DNA of 64,000 nucleotides from NCBI RefSeq assembly GCF_055900595.2, contig NZ_CM148325.1; one strand, 5' to 3'. Shown piece by piece: positions 1 to 10,644 of this stretch (position 1 is its first letter; each line of letters starts with the position of its first letter). The notes under the pieces were generated by a model. It saw only the letters and a program-made list of their open reading frames with translations, ran no database searches and was not told where the DNA came from. The position numbers and the translations under genes were made by a program.

Positions 1-234
1 TCGCCGGAGTGTCATTACTCTCAACAATCGGTTTTGACAGTGAGTCGGGCGCTTCATACCGGTTTCTACCTGGAGTCATTGTCACTTCTCCCAACTGAAT
101 AAATATATATCGCCAATTCACAAAGTGGGCCAAAATCAGGTGAAAACGAATTATTACGCCTGGTAAAGGCTATAGTACAACTAAGTGTGGCGAATCAGGC
201 AGTCTTGCATTTGTCATCAATCTCATGTCTTACA

Positions 235-478
235 TCAAATTTTTCCACTCACCACGAGTTGTTCCGTACACGTTTGTAGTAAAAACAGTGGACTGCCTTC
301 TACCGACTTTTCTTTAGCCAGCAACGAAATCTGTCGATAGAAGGTTGGTTCGAGAGGAACGGAACACAATTCACCTGCAATGGTTTTCAGCGTTAACTCT
401 GGTAATAAGGCGATGCCTAATCCCTGTCGAATAAAACTGATCGCTGTATCCGGGTGATTAAATTCATATTTTATCTGC
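235..478 (-). pseudogene. yfaH: LysR-family regulator C-terminal fragment (yfaH-like pseudogene)
   Basis: Minus-strand translation gives ...PDTAISFIRQGLGIALLPELTLKTIAGELCSVPLEPTFYRQISLLAKEKSVEGSPLFLLQTCTEQLVVSGKI*, a typical LysR effector-domain C-terminus. No start codon or N-terminal HTH domain; no ORF of 60 aa or more in the track. Position next to inaA matches the K-12 yfaH remnant. Boundaries approximate. Confidence 0.35.
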
Positions 479-656
479 TGGGTGCACTATTAGTGGTAGT
501 GGCTGGTGGAGTCTATGCGCTGCAAATGAAGGGTAAAAGCGGTGTCGCGCTAGTAGTGGCAAAAGAAATTCATTAATACGACACGTTTCATTAAGATTTT
601 TCGCAGGTAACCACCTATAGTCATTGTCGTTAATAAAAAATGACAGGCGATAGGGT

Positions 657-1307
657 ATGGCAGTTTCAGCAAAGTACGACGAATTTAATCACTGGTGGGC
701 AACAGAGGGCGACTGGGTTGAAGAGCCTAACTATCGCCGTAATGGGATGAGCGGGGTGCAATGCGTCGAGCGCAATGGCAAAAAGCTGTATGTGAAGCGC
801 ATGACGCATCATCTGTTTCATTCCGTACGTTATCCGTTCGGTCGACCGACGATTGTCCGTGAGGTTGCGGTAATTAAAGAACTGGAACGGGCTGGTGTCA
901 TTGTGCCGAAAATCGTTTTTGGTGAAGCGGTGAAAATTGAGGGTGAATGGCGCGCGTTGCTGGTGACGGAAGATATGGCGGGGTTCATAAGTATTGCTGA
1001 CTGGTATGCCCAGCATGCAGTAACACCTTATTCTGACGATGTTCGGCAAGCCATGTTGAAAGCTGTGGCGATGGCGTTTAAGAAAATGCATAGCGTTAAT
1101 CGTCAGCATGGCTGTTGTTACGTTCGCCACATCTATGTGAAAACAGAAGGTATGGTAGAAGCTGGTTTTCTTGATCTGGAGAAAAGTCGTCGCCGCTTAC
1201 GTCGGCATAAAGCGATTAATCATGATTTCCGCCAGCTGGAAAAATATCTGGAGCCGATCCCTAAAGCGGACTGGGAGCAGGTTAAAGCGTATTACTACGC
1301 CATGTAA
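657..1307 (+). CDS. inaA: InaA, weak-acid/MarA-SoxS-inducible putative lipopolysaccharide kinase family protein
   Basis: 216-aa ORF MAVSAKYDEFNHWWATEGDW... recognised as InaA; length and synteny next to yfaE/nrdB fit. Confidence 0.9.
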   Translation: MAVSAKYDEFNHWWATEGDWVEEPNYRRNGMSGVQCVERNGKKLYVKRMTHHLFHSVRYPFGRPTIVREVAVIKELERAGVIVPKIVFGEAVKIEGEWRALLVTEDMAGFISIADWYAQHAVTPYSDDVRQAMLKAVAMAFKKMHSVNRQHGCCYVRHIYVKTEGMVEAGFLDLEKSRRRLRRHKAINHDFRQLEKYLEPIPKADWEQVKAYYYAM

Positions 1308-1311
1308 TCAC

Positions 1312-1349
1312 GTAGGCCAGATAAGACGCGTAAGCGTCGCATCTGGCAC
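1312..1349. repeat. REP (repetitive extragenic palindromic) element
   Basis: gtaggccagataagacgcgtaagcgtcgcatctggcac immediately after the inaA stop; matches the REP consensus family seen repeatedly in this window. Confidence 0.5.
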
Positions 1350-1359
1350 AAGTACCCGA

Positions 1360-1614
1360 TCACAACTCGATTTCAATATCGCCTTTTGCCCGGCAACAAC
1401 AGGGCAAAATTTCCCCCGGCTGAATAAAGGCTAACGGTTCGGCAATCCAGTCCACCTGGCCTGCAACAAGGCGTGTGCGACAGGAACCGCAGTAACCTTC
1501 GCGGCACTGGTACTCAACCGCCACATTGTGGGATTCCAGCGCCGCCAGAAGGGAAGGGTGTTCATCCTGGCACAGCAGTTGTGTGCCAGTGATGCGCAGG
1601 GTAACGCGAGCCAT
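1360..1614 (-). CDS. yfaE: YfaE 2Fe-2S ferredoxin (NrdB diferric-tyrosyl radical cofactor maintenance)
   Basis: 84-aa ORF with cysteine pattern CREGYCGSC...CCC; start overlaps the nrdB stop by 1 nt (TGATG), as in the nrdAB-yfaE operon. Confidence 0.85.
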   Translation of the reverse strand: MARVTLRITGTQLLCQDEHPSLLAALESHNVAVEYQCREGYCGSCRTRLVAGQVDWIAEPLAFIQPGEILPCCCRAKGDIEIEL

Positions 1615-2744
1615 CAGAGCTGGAAGTTACTCAAATCGTCGGTGTCCACTTCCGAGTCAATCTGCCCGACCAGATAAGAACTGACTTCCACTTCCTGCGG
1701 AGCAACCTGTACGTTATCAGACACCAGCCAGGTGTTGATCCACGGGATCGGGTTGGAGCGTGTCTGGAACGGCAGATCCAAACCGACTGCCTGCATGCGG
1801 ATATTGGTGATGTATTCAACGTACTGGCAGAGAATGTCTTTATTCAGACCAATCATCGAACCGTCACGGAACAGATAATCCGCCCAGTCTTTCTCTTGCT
1901 GTGCCGCCTGGACGAACAGGTCATAGCACTCCTGCTTACATTCTTCGGCAATTTCCGCCATCTCCGGATCATCCGCGCCGCTGCGCAGCAGATTCAGCAT
2001 ATGCTGCGTACCGGTCAGGTGCAGGGCTTCATCGCGGGCAATCAGGCGAATAATCTTGGCGTTACCTTCCATCAGTTCGCGTTCTGCAAAGGCAAAGGAA
2101 CAAGCAAAGCTGACGTAGAAGCGGATCGCTTCCAGCGCGTTAACGCTCATCAGGCAGAGATACAGTTTTTTCTTCAGCTCGCGCAGGCTAACGGTTACGG
2201 TTTTACCGTTAACGGTGTGGGTGCCTTCGCCCAGCAGATGCCAGTAGCTGGTCATTTCGATCAGTTCATCGTAATAGCTGGAGATCCCTTCCGCACGTTT
2301 CTGGATCTGCTCGTTGGTGACGATATCGTCAAACACAACAGACGGATCGTTAACGATATTACGAATGATATGAGTATAGGAACGGGAATGAATTGTTTCT
2401 GAGAATGCCCAGGTTTCTACCCAGGTCTCCAGTTCCGGGATCGAGATCAGCGGCAGCAGTGCCACGTTCGGGCTGCGACCCTGAATGGAGTCCAGCAGCG
2501 TCTGATATTTCAGGTTGCTGATAAAGATGTGTTTTTCGTGTTCAGGCAGTGCCTGGTAATCGATACGGTCACGAGAAACGTCAACTTCTTCCGGACGCCA
2601 GAAGAAAGAGAGCTGCTTTTCGATCAGCTTTTCGAAGATGTCATATTTTTGCTGATCGTAGCGAGCCACGTTGACCGGCTGACCAAAGAACATCGGTTCT
2701 TTGAGCTGATCATTTTTCGTCTGTGAAAAGGTGGTATATGCCAT
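1614..2744 (-). CDS. nrdB: Ribonucleoside-diphosphate reductase 1 beta subunit (class Ia RNR small subunit)
   Basis: Track ORF extends upstream through REP sequence; true start taken at [17 protein letters not shown]..., giving 376 aa. Recognised NrdB sequence. Confidence 0.95.
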
Positions 2745-2768
2745 GAATGTGTCCTGTTGGGAGTTTAA

Positions 2769-2882
2769 TGCCGGATAAGGCATTTTACGCCGCATCCTGT
2801 GCCTGATGCGACGCTGGCGCGTCTTATCAGGCCTACAAAACCGAGCCGTAGGCCGGATAAGGCCTTCACGCCGCATCCGGCA
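2769..2882. repeat. REP/BIME cluster in the nrdA-nrdB intergenic region
   Basis: gccggataaggc...acgccgcatcc and gcctgatgcgacgctggcgcgtcttatcaggcctac motifs in inverted arrangement; these generate the spurious Arg-rich N-terminal extension of the nrdB ORF in the track. Confidence 0.6.
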
Positions 2883-2890
2883 TCTCAATA

Positions 2891-5176
2891 TCAGATCTTA
2901 CATGCGCCGCTTTCGCAGCCATCGTCCTGGATTGACGGCACCAGATCGTCTTGTGCGTCTTCAGCACCGTCACGGGTGTTCTGATAATACAGCGTTTTGA
3001 CCCCGAATTTGTAGGCGGTGAGCAGGTCTTTCAGCAGTTGCTGCATCGGCACTTTTCCTGACGGGAAACGTGACGGATCGTAGTTGGTGTTAGCAGAGAT
3101 GGACTGATCGATAAATTTCTGCATGATACCCACCAGTTGCAGGTAGCCATCGTTACCCGGCATTTCCCACAGCAGCTCATAGGCGTCGTGCAGATGCTCG
3201 TAGTCCGGCACCACCTGGCGCAGAATACCGTCTTTCGACGCTTTGATGCTGACGTAACCACGCGGCGGTTCAATACCGTTAGTGGCGTTAGAGATCTGCG
3301 AAGAAGTCTCTGACGGCATCAGAGCAGAAAGCGTGGAGTTACGCAGGCCGTGCGTTTTGATTGACTCACGCAGTGCTTCCCAGTCGTAATGCAGCGGCTC
3401 ATTAGCGATGGCATCCAGATCTTTCTTATAGGTATCGATCGGCAGGATCCCTTTCGCGTAAGTGGTTTCGTTAAACCACGGGCACGCGCCTTGCTCTTTC
3501 GCCAGCTCATTAGACGCTTTCAGCAGGTAATACTGAATGGCTTCGAAGGTTTTATGCGTCAGGTTGTTGGCGCTGCCGTCGGAGTAGCGTTTACCGTGCT
3601 TCGCCAGGTAGTAAGCGAAGTTGATCACACCAATACCCAGCGTACGACGACCCATCGCTCCACGTTTGGCGGCCGGGATCGGGTAATCCTGATAATCCAG
3701 CAGCGCGTCGAGTGCGCGTACTGCCAGAATCGCCAGCTCTTCCAGTTCATCCAGGCTATTAATTGCGCCCAGGTTGAAAGCAGAAAGCGTACACAGCGCG
3801 ATTTCACCGTTCTCGTCGTTGACGTCGTTCAGTGGTTTGGTCGGCAGGGCGATTTCCAGGCATAGGTTAGACTGGCGCACTGGTGCAATAGCCGGATCAA
3901 ACGGGCTGTGGGTGTTGCAGTGGTCTACGTTCTGAATATAGATACGACCGGTAGACGCACGTTCCTGCATCATCAGCGAGAACAGCTCAACGGCTTTCAC
4001 ACGCTGTTTGCGGATGCTGTCGTCTTTCTCATATTTGGTGTACAGGCGTTCAAACTCTTCCTGATCGGCGAAGAATGCGTCGTACAGCCCCGGTACGTCG
4101 GACGGGCTGAACAGGGTGATATCTTCACCTTTCAGCAGACGGGTATACATCAGTTTGTTGATTTGTACCCCGTAGTCCATATGACGCACGCGGTTGCCTT
4201 CCACCCCACGGTTGTTTTTCAACACCAGCAGGCTTTCCACTTCCAGATGCCACATCGGGTAGAACAGTGTTGCCGCACCGCCGCGCACACCGCCCTGAGA
4301 GCAGGATTTCACTGCCGTCTGGAAATGTTTGTAGAACGGAATACAACCGGTGTGGAACGCTTCGCCACCGCGAATCGGGCTACCCAGCGCACGAATACGC
4401 CCGGCGTTGATGCCGATCCCGGCACGCTGGGAAACGTATTTAACAATCGCGCTGGAGGTGGCGTTGATGGAATCCAGGCTGTCGCCGCACTCAATCAGCA
4501 CGCAGGAGCTGAACTGACGAGTCGGGGTACGCACGCCGGACATGATTGGCGTCGGCAGCGAAATTTTAAATGTGGAAACCGCGTCGTAAAAACGCTTCAC
4601 GTATTGCAGGCGCGTTTCACGCGGGTAGTTCGAGAACAGGCACGCAGCAACCAGAATATAAAGGAACTGGGCGCTCTCATAGATTTCGCCGGTCACGCGG
4701 TTCTGTACCAGATATTTGCCTTCCAGCTGCTTAACGGCAGCATAAGAGAAGGTCATATCACGGTCGTGATCGATAAACGTGTCCATCTGCTTGAACTCTT
4801 CTTCCGTGTAGTCTTCCAGCAGATGATTATCGTATTTGCCCATCTCGACCATTTTCACCACGTGGTCGTACAGTGCAGGCGGCTCAAACTGGCCGTAGGC
4901 TTTTTTACGCAGGTGGAAGATCGCCAGGCGCGCGGCGAGATACTGATAATCCGGCGCATCACGGGAGATCAGGTCTGCGGCAGCCTTGATAATGGTTTCG
5001 TGGATGTCAGAGGTCTTGATACCGTCATAAAACTGAATGTGGGAGCGCAGCTCGACCTGGGAAATCGAAACGTTATGCAGTCCTTCTGCCGCCCAATCCA
5101 GAACGCGATGGATTTTGTCGAGATTGATGCGCTCTGTGCTACCGTCGCGCTTTGTCACCAGCAGATTCTGATTCAT
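2891..5176 (-). CDS. nrdA: Ribonucleoside-diphosphate reductase 1 alpha subunit (class Ia RNR large subunit)
   Basis: 761-aa [36 protein letters not shown]... recognised as NrdA; C-terminal CESGACKI tail. Confidence 0.97.
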
Positions 5177-5249
5177 GTATGTCGTACCTGTTTTTGGAAT
5201 TCTTTCCGCAATAGCTTCATGCAGACTACCTGTAGTGAGGGAAGCTGCT

Positions 5250-5340
5250 TAGAACACTATATATAGGGGGTATGTTTGGGATTCACTGCAAGATAGTGTG
5301 AAAATGGCCCTCTTGCAAGTGCATAACTTTGTGGATAACT
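5250..5340 (-). promoter_or_regulatory. nrdAB promoter-proximal regulatory region (NrdR-box-like palindromes and a DnaA box)
   Basis: acactatatatag (5254-5266) and caagatagtgtgaaaa (5289-5304) resemble NrdR boxes; tgtggataa at 5330-5338 is the reverse complement of the DnaA box TTATCCACA. Located 80-160 nt upstream of the nrdA start codon. Assigned by motif only. Confidence 0.4.
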
Positions 5341-5865
5341 CAGGAAGGAAAAAGTGGCTTCCGCGCACCTTAGGTCAGACAAGGTATCCGGGAAAGTCAA
5401 TGGGAAGAGAAAAATTTGTTAAAAATAACTGTTCGGCGATTTCTTGAACGGCAGAATAGTATGGGTAAATTGATATAGATGGTTTATTAATCTTGTCGCT
5501 AATGATTGTCAAAATTGATCTAAGCACGAATCATCACATAATCTGATGTATCAGTTGTGGTCAATATATAAGCGAATGTAAGCGATTGTTGAGTCGGAAA
5601 TGGTTGTTTTCTATTCGGTTATTGTTAAATACCAAGCCAATTTGTTACTTTTGCATATATTATAAGAATATTATTTATTACTTTAATTCAGTTTACATAT
5701 AACCGATTTACCTTAAGATTATTAATTTGAATTATGACACACTGATATTATTCATCAAATAATAACAAAATAGTCATTGCGCCGGGTTGTACAATTTACA
5801 AAAGAAATATACCCCATAGCGCATAATGCGATTAAATACGCCGTCTTATAGAAAATGATGGTTAG

Positions 5866-8800
5866 ATGAATATGCGGATTATCTTTCTACGCAAGGAGTA
5901 TTTATCTTTACTCCCGTCAATTATTGCATCTCTTTTCTCTGTTAACAGTATCGCGGAGGTTTTGGATTCATGCCAGGGATATGATATCAAAGCGAGTTGT
6001 CAGGCCAGCAGGCAAAGCCTTTCAGGCATTACGCAGGACTGGAGCATCGCCGATGGGCAATGGGTGATTTTTTCGGGTATGGCCAATAATGCCAGCGGTG
6101 GGGCCGTATTTTTGCAGCAAAGTGCTGAATTTACGATATCGCCACAAAATGAAACTGGAATGACTCTGTTTGCCAATAATACTGTCTCAGGAGAATATAA
6201 TAATGGCGGGGCAATATTTGCTAAAGAAAACTCAACGCTGAATCTTACTGATGTTATTTTTTCCGGTAACGTCGCAGGCGGCTATGGTGGCGCAATCTAT
6301 TCTTCTGGTACTAATGATACTGGTGCCGTCGATTTACGTGTCACTAACGCCATGTTTAGCAATAACATCGCTAATGATGGCAAAGGTGGCGCAATTTATA
6401 CCATCAATAATGATGTCTATTTAAGTGATGATGTTTTTAATAATAACCAGGCATATACATCAACAAGTTACAGTGATGGCGATGGCGGTGCAATCGATGT
6501 CACCGATAATAATAGCGATATCACGCATCCGTCAGGTTTCACAATAATAAATAACACCGCATTTACAAATAACACTGCCGAAGGTTATGGCGGGGCAATT
6601 TATACCAATAGCGTGACGGCTCCCTATCTTATTGATATTTCTGTTGATGACAGCTACAGCCAGAACGGCGGTGTGTTAATCGATGAGAACAATAGCGCAG
6701 CAGGCTATGGGGATGGTCCTTCCACTGCGGCGGGCGGCTTTATGTATCTCGGCTTAAGTGAAGTTACCTTTGATATTGCTGACGGAAAAACGCTGGTTAT
6801 CGGCAATACAGAGAATGATGGAGCTGTTGACTCTATTGCTGGTACCGGGTTGATCACCAAAACAGGTTCCGGCGATCTGGTACTTAATGCAGATAACAAT
6901 GACTTTACTGGTGAGATGCAGATTGAAAACGGTGAAGTTACCCTGGGTCGCAGCAACTCCCTGATGAATGTCGGAGATAATCATTGCCAGGACGATCCGC
7001 AAGACTGCTACGGTCTGACGATAGGGAGCATTGATAAGTACCAGAATCAGGCAAAGCTAAATGTTGGCTCCACCCAACAAACCTTTGTGCACGCATTGAC
7101 GGGCTTTCAGAATGGCACTTTAAATATCGATGCTGGTGGCAATGTTACTGTTAATCAAGGCAGTTTTGCTGGCACCATCGAAGGTGCTGGTCAGCTCACC
7201 ATTGCGCAAAACGGCAGCTACGTGCTGGCAGGGGCGCAGTCGATGGCGCTAACTGGCGATATAGTCGTTGATGATGGCGCGGTGCTTACGCTAGAAGGCG
7301 ACGCGGCAGATCTCGCCGCTCTCCAGGACGAGCCGCAGTCGATCGTGTTAAACGGCGGTGTGCTCGATCTCTCTGATTTCTCCACCTGGCAGAGCGGCAC
7401 ATCATACAACGATGGCCTTGAAGTCAGCGGCAGCAGCGGAACGGTTATCGGCAGTCAGGATGTGGTAGATCTTGCAGGCGGAAACGATATGCATATCGGC
7501 GGCGACGGGAAAGATGGCGTCTACGTGGTGGTCGATGCGGGTGATGGGCAGGTCAGCCTGGCAAATGACAATCAATACCTCGGCACAACGCAAATTGCTT
7601 CCGGTACGCTGGTGGTGAGTGACAACTCGCAGCTTGGAGATACCCTCTATAACCGCCAGGTTATCTTTACCGATAATCAACAAGAAAGCGTGATGGAGAT
7701 TACTGCCAATGTCGATACTCGCTCTACAACGGTTGAGCATGGGCGTGATATTGAAATGCGCGCCGACGGTGAAGTGGCAGTTGATGCGGGGGTAGACACG
7801 CAGTGGGGCGCACTGATGGCTGACAGCAGCGGGCAGCATCAGGATGAGGGTAGCACATTGACTAAAACGGGGGCTGGCACCCTGGAGCTGACCGCCAGCG
7901 GTACGACGCAGTCGGCGGTGAGAGTAGAAGAAGGCACGCTGCAAGGCGATGCTGTGAATATCTTTCCTTATGCTTCGTCGCTGTGGGTCGGTGACGGAGC
8001 AACATTCGAGACTGGCGCAGATCAGGATATCCAGTCTATTGATGCTACTTCCAGCGGCACTATCGACATCAGTGATGGCACCGTTTTGCGCCTGACGAGT
8101 CAGGATACTTCCGCCGCACTGGATGCCTCGCTGTTTAACGGCGACGGTACGTTGGTGAATGCCACCGATGGCGTGACGTTGACAGGCGAGCTTAATACTA
8201 ACCTGGAAACTGACAGCCTGACCTATCTTTCCGATGTGACGGTTAATGGTGATCTAACCAATATGTCCGGTACAGTCAGTCTGCAAAATGGTGTCGCTGG
8301 CGATACGCTCACGGTAAACGGTGATTACACCGGCGGTGGTACGTTGTTTCTCGACAGCGAATTAAACGGCGATGACTCGGCAAGCGACCAACTGGTGTTG
8401 AACGGCAATACCTCAGGTAACACGACCGTGGTGGTTAACCCCATTACCGGCATTGGTGAACCGACTTCTACAGGTATTAAAGTGGTTGATTTCACTGCTG
8501 ATCCCACGCAATTTCAAAACAATGCGCAGTTTAGTCTTGCGGGCAGCGGCTACGTCAATATGGGCGCGTATGACTACACGCTGGTGGAAGATAACAACGA
8601 CTGGTATCTGCGATCGCAAGAAGTAACGCCACCATCGCCACCTGATCCAGACCCGGACCCAACTCCCGATCCTGCTCCCACGCCAGATTCTGATCCAACA
8701 CCCGACCCGGCTCCAGCCCCTACGCCTGCCTACCAGCCGGTGTTGAATGCCAAAGTTGGTGGATATTTTAATAACCTGCGGGCGGCAAATCAGGCGTTTA

Positions 8801-9636
8801 TGATGGAGCGACGCGATCACACTGGTGGCGATGGTCAGACGCTGAATTTACGTGTTATCGGCGGACGTTATCATTACACGGCGGCAGGGCAACTGGCTCA
8901 GCATGAAGACACTTCTACGGTGCAGCTTAGCGGTGACCTGTTTAGGGGGCGCTGGGGTGATGACGGCGAATGGATGCTAGGGGCCATTGGTGGTTACAGC
9001 GATAACCAGGGCGACAGCCGCTCGAATATGATCGGAACTCGCGCCGATAACCAGAACCACGGTTATGCCGTTGGGCTGACCTCAAGCTGGTTTCAGCACG
9101 GTAGCCAAAAACAGGGGGCCTGGCTGGATATCTGGCTGCAATACGCGTGGTTTAACAATGATGTTTCCGAACATGAAGATGGCGTGGATCATTACCACTC
9201 ATCGGGGATTATCGCCTCGCTGGAAGCCGGGTATCAGTGGTTACCGGGGCATGGTGTGGTGATTGAACCACAGGTGCAGGTGATTTATCAGGGGGTGCAG
9301 CAGGATGATTTTACCGCTGCTAACCATGCGCGGGTATCGCAATCGCAGGGCGATGATCTTCAGACGCGGTTGGGGATACACAGCGAATGGCGTACCGCTG
9401 TTCATGTCACACCAACATTAGATCTGAATTATTATCACGATCCCCATTCGACGGAAATTGAAGAAGATGGCAGCACTATCAGTGACGATGCGGTGAAGCA
9501 ACGGGGGGAAATAAAAGTGGGAGTAACGGGCAATATCAGTCAGCGAGTGTCCCTGCGTGGTAGCGTGGCGTGGCAGAAAGGGAGTGATGATTTTGCCCAG
9601 ACGGCAGGGTTTTTGTCGATGACGGTGAAATGGTAA
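5866..9636 (+). CDS. yfaL: Type Va autotransporter adhesin YfaL (EhaC family), with passenger domain and C-terminal beta-barrel
   Basis: 1256-aa ORF; N-terminal signal peptide, GGAIY-type passenger repeats, Pro/Asp/Thr-rich linker, C-terminal barrel ending ...FLSMTVKW. Start could be 5866 or the Met at 5872. Confidence 0.9.
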   Translation: MNMRIIFLRKEYLSLLPSIIASLFSVNSIAEVLDSCQGYDIKASCQASRQSLSGITQDWSIADGQWVIFSGMANNASGGAVFLQQSAEFTISPQNETGMTLFANNTVSGEYNNGGAIFAKENSTLNLTDVIFSGNVAGGYGGAIYSSGTNDTGAVDLRVTNAMFSNNIANDGKGGAIYTINNDVYLSDDVFNNNQAYTSTSYSDGDGGAIDVTDNNSDITHPSGFTIINNTAFTNNTAEGYGGAIYTNSVTAPYLIDISVDDSYSQNGGVLIDENNSAAGYGDGPSTAAGGFMYLGLSEVTFDIADGKTLVIGNTENDGAVDSIAGTGLITKTGSGDLVLNADNNDFTGEMQIENGEVTLGRSNSLMNVGDNHCQDDPQDCYGLTIGSIDKYQNQAKLNVGSTQQTFVHALTGFQNGTLNIDAGGNVTVNQGSFAGTIEGAGQLTIAQNGSYVLAGAQSMALTGDIVVDDGAVLTLEGDAADLAALQDEPQSIVLNGGVLDLSDFSTWQSGTSYNDGLEVSGSSGTVIGSQDVVDLAGGNDMHIGGDGKDGVYVVVDAGDGQVSLANDNQYLGTTQIASGTLVVSDNSQLGDTLYNRQVIFTDNQQESVMEITANVDTRSTTVEHGRDIEMRADGEVAVDAGVDTQWGALMADSSGQHQDEGSTLTKTGAGTLELTASGTTQSAVRVEEGTLQGDAVNIFPYASSLWVGDGATFETGADQDIQSIDATSSGTIDISDGTVLRLTSQDTSAALDASLFNGDGTLVNATDGVTLTGELNTNLETDSLTYLSDVTVNGDLTNMSGTVSLQNGVAGDTLTVNGDYTGGGTLFLDSELNGDDSASDQLVLNGNTSGNTTVVVNPITGIGEPTSTGIKVVDFTADPTQFQNNAQFSLAGSGYVNMGAYDYTLVEDNNDWYLRSQEVTPPSPPDPDPDPTPDPAPTPDSDPTPDPAPAPTPAYQPVLNAKVGGYFNNLRAANQAFMMERRDHTGGDGQTLNLRVIGGRYHYTAAGQLAQHEDTSTVQLSGDLFRGRWGDDGEWMLGAIGGYSDNQGDSRSNMIGTRADNQNHGYAVGLTSSWFQHGSQKQGAWLDIWLQYAWFNNDVSEHEDGVDHYHSSGIIASLEAGYQWLPGHGVVIEPQVQVIYQGVQQDDFTAANHARVSQSQGDDLQTRLGIHSEWRTAVHVTPTLDLNYYHDPHSTEIEEDGSTISDDAVKQRGEIKVGVTGNISQRVSLRGSVAWQKGSDDFAQTAGFLSMTVKW

Positions 9637-9654
9637 TCGCTGTCTGACCGGCAC

Positions 9655-9760
9655 TATTGCCGGATGCGGCGTAAACGCCTTATCTGGCCTACGGGAGCAT
9701 TTGTAGGCCTGATAAGACGCGGCAAGCGTCGCATCAGGCATTGGCACGGTTGCCGGATGA
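9655..9760. repeat. REP/BIME elements downstream of yfaL
   Basis: gccggatgcggcgtaaacgccttatctggcctac and gtaggcctgataagacgcggcaagcgtcgcatcaggca; they account for the spurious 109-aa ORF at 9418-9747. Confidence 0.55.
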
Positions 9761-9775
9761 ATCCAAACAACAACC

Positions 9776-10498
9776 TCACTTATTCTGCGTGTGCAGCATA
9801 TAGTTCACATCGACGCCGGGGCCGAGCTTAAAAGTGTTAGTGATCGGGTTGTAATGCAGTCCGATCATATGCCGTTCTTTTAGACTGGTCTGATCCACCC
9901 AGCCCAGCAATTCTGCCGGTTTAATAAACTTCTTCACATCATGCGTACCTTTAGGCACCATGCGTAAAATATATTCCGCACCAACCACCGCCATCAGCCA
10001 CGACTTGCCGTTGCGGTTAAGCGTCGAGAAAAAGACATCGCCGCCCGGTTTTACCAGTTGCGCACAGGCTCTGACCACTGACTGCGGATCGGGAACGTGC
10101 TCCAGCATCTCCATGCAGGTCACCACATCATACTGCCCGGCATGTTTTGCGGCGTGCTCTTCCACGGTTTCCTGCACGTAATTCACCTGAATGCCACTTT
10201 CCAGTGCGTGCAGCTTTGCCACCTGCAATGGCTCAAAGCCCATATCCAGACCGGTCACCGTCGCGCCTTCGCGCGCCATACTCTCGGCCAGAATGCCGCC
10301 GCCACAACCGACATCGAGTACCTTTTTGCCAAATAAACCGCCAGCACGCTCGGCAATATAGCCCAGACGCAGCGGGTTAATGCGGTGCAGCGGTTTGAAC
10401 TCACCTTCCAGATCCCACCAGCGGGAGGCGACGGCTTCAAATTTAGCGATCTCTTCGTGGTCTACGTTAGGGGTTACCGGCGATTTTTCGGCATTCAT
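9776..10498 (-). CDS. ubiG: Bifunctional 3-demethylubiquinone 3-O-methyltransferase / 2-polyprenyl-6-hydroxyphenol methylase
   Basis: Track ORF trimmed to start MNAEKSPV... (240 aa); SAM-methyltransferase motif [13 protein letters not shown]; recognised UbiG. Confidence 0.93.
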   Translation of the reverse strand: MNAEKSPVTPNVDHEEIAKFEAVASRWWDLEGEFKPLHRINPLRLGYIAERAGGLFGKKVLDVGCGGGILAESMAREGATVTGLDMGFEPLQVAKLHALESGIQVNYVQETVEEHAAKHAGQYDVVTCMEMLEHVPDPQSVVRACAQLVKPGGDVFFSTLNRNGKSWLMAVVGAEYILRMVPKGTHDVKKFIKPAELLGWVDQTSLKERHMIGLHYNPITNTFKLGPGVDVNYMLHTQNK

Positions 10499-10644
10499 TG
10501 GCACTTCTACTCCGTAATTGGCAAGACAAACGAGTATATCAGGCATTGGATGTGAATAAAGCGTATAGGTTTACCTCAATCAGCGCGGCTGTGTTATAAT
10601 TTGCGACCTTTGAATCCGGGATACAGTAGAGGGATAGCGGTTAG

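Noticed and set aside
1-102. 3' end of an upstream CDS (glpQ by synteny) on the plus strand
   Set aside because: Two frames are open to the window edge and I could not recognise either peptide; too short to call.
3908-5266. 452-aa plus-strand ORF inside nrdA
   Set aside because: Antisense shadow ORF of nrdA; low-complexity composition with no recognisable domain.
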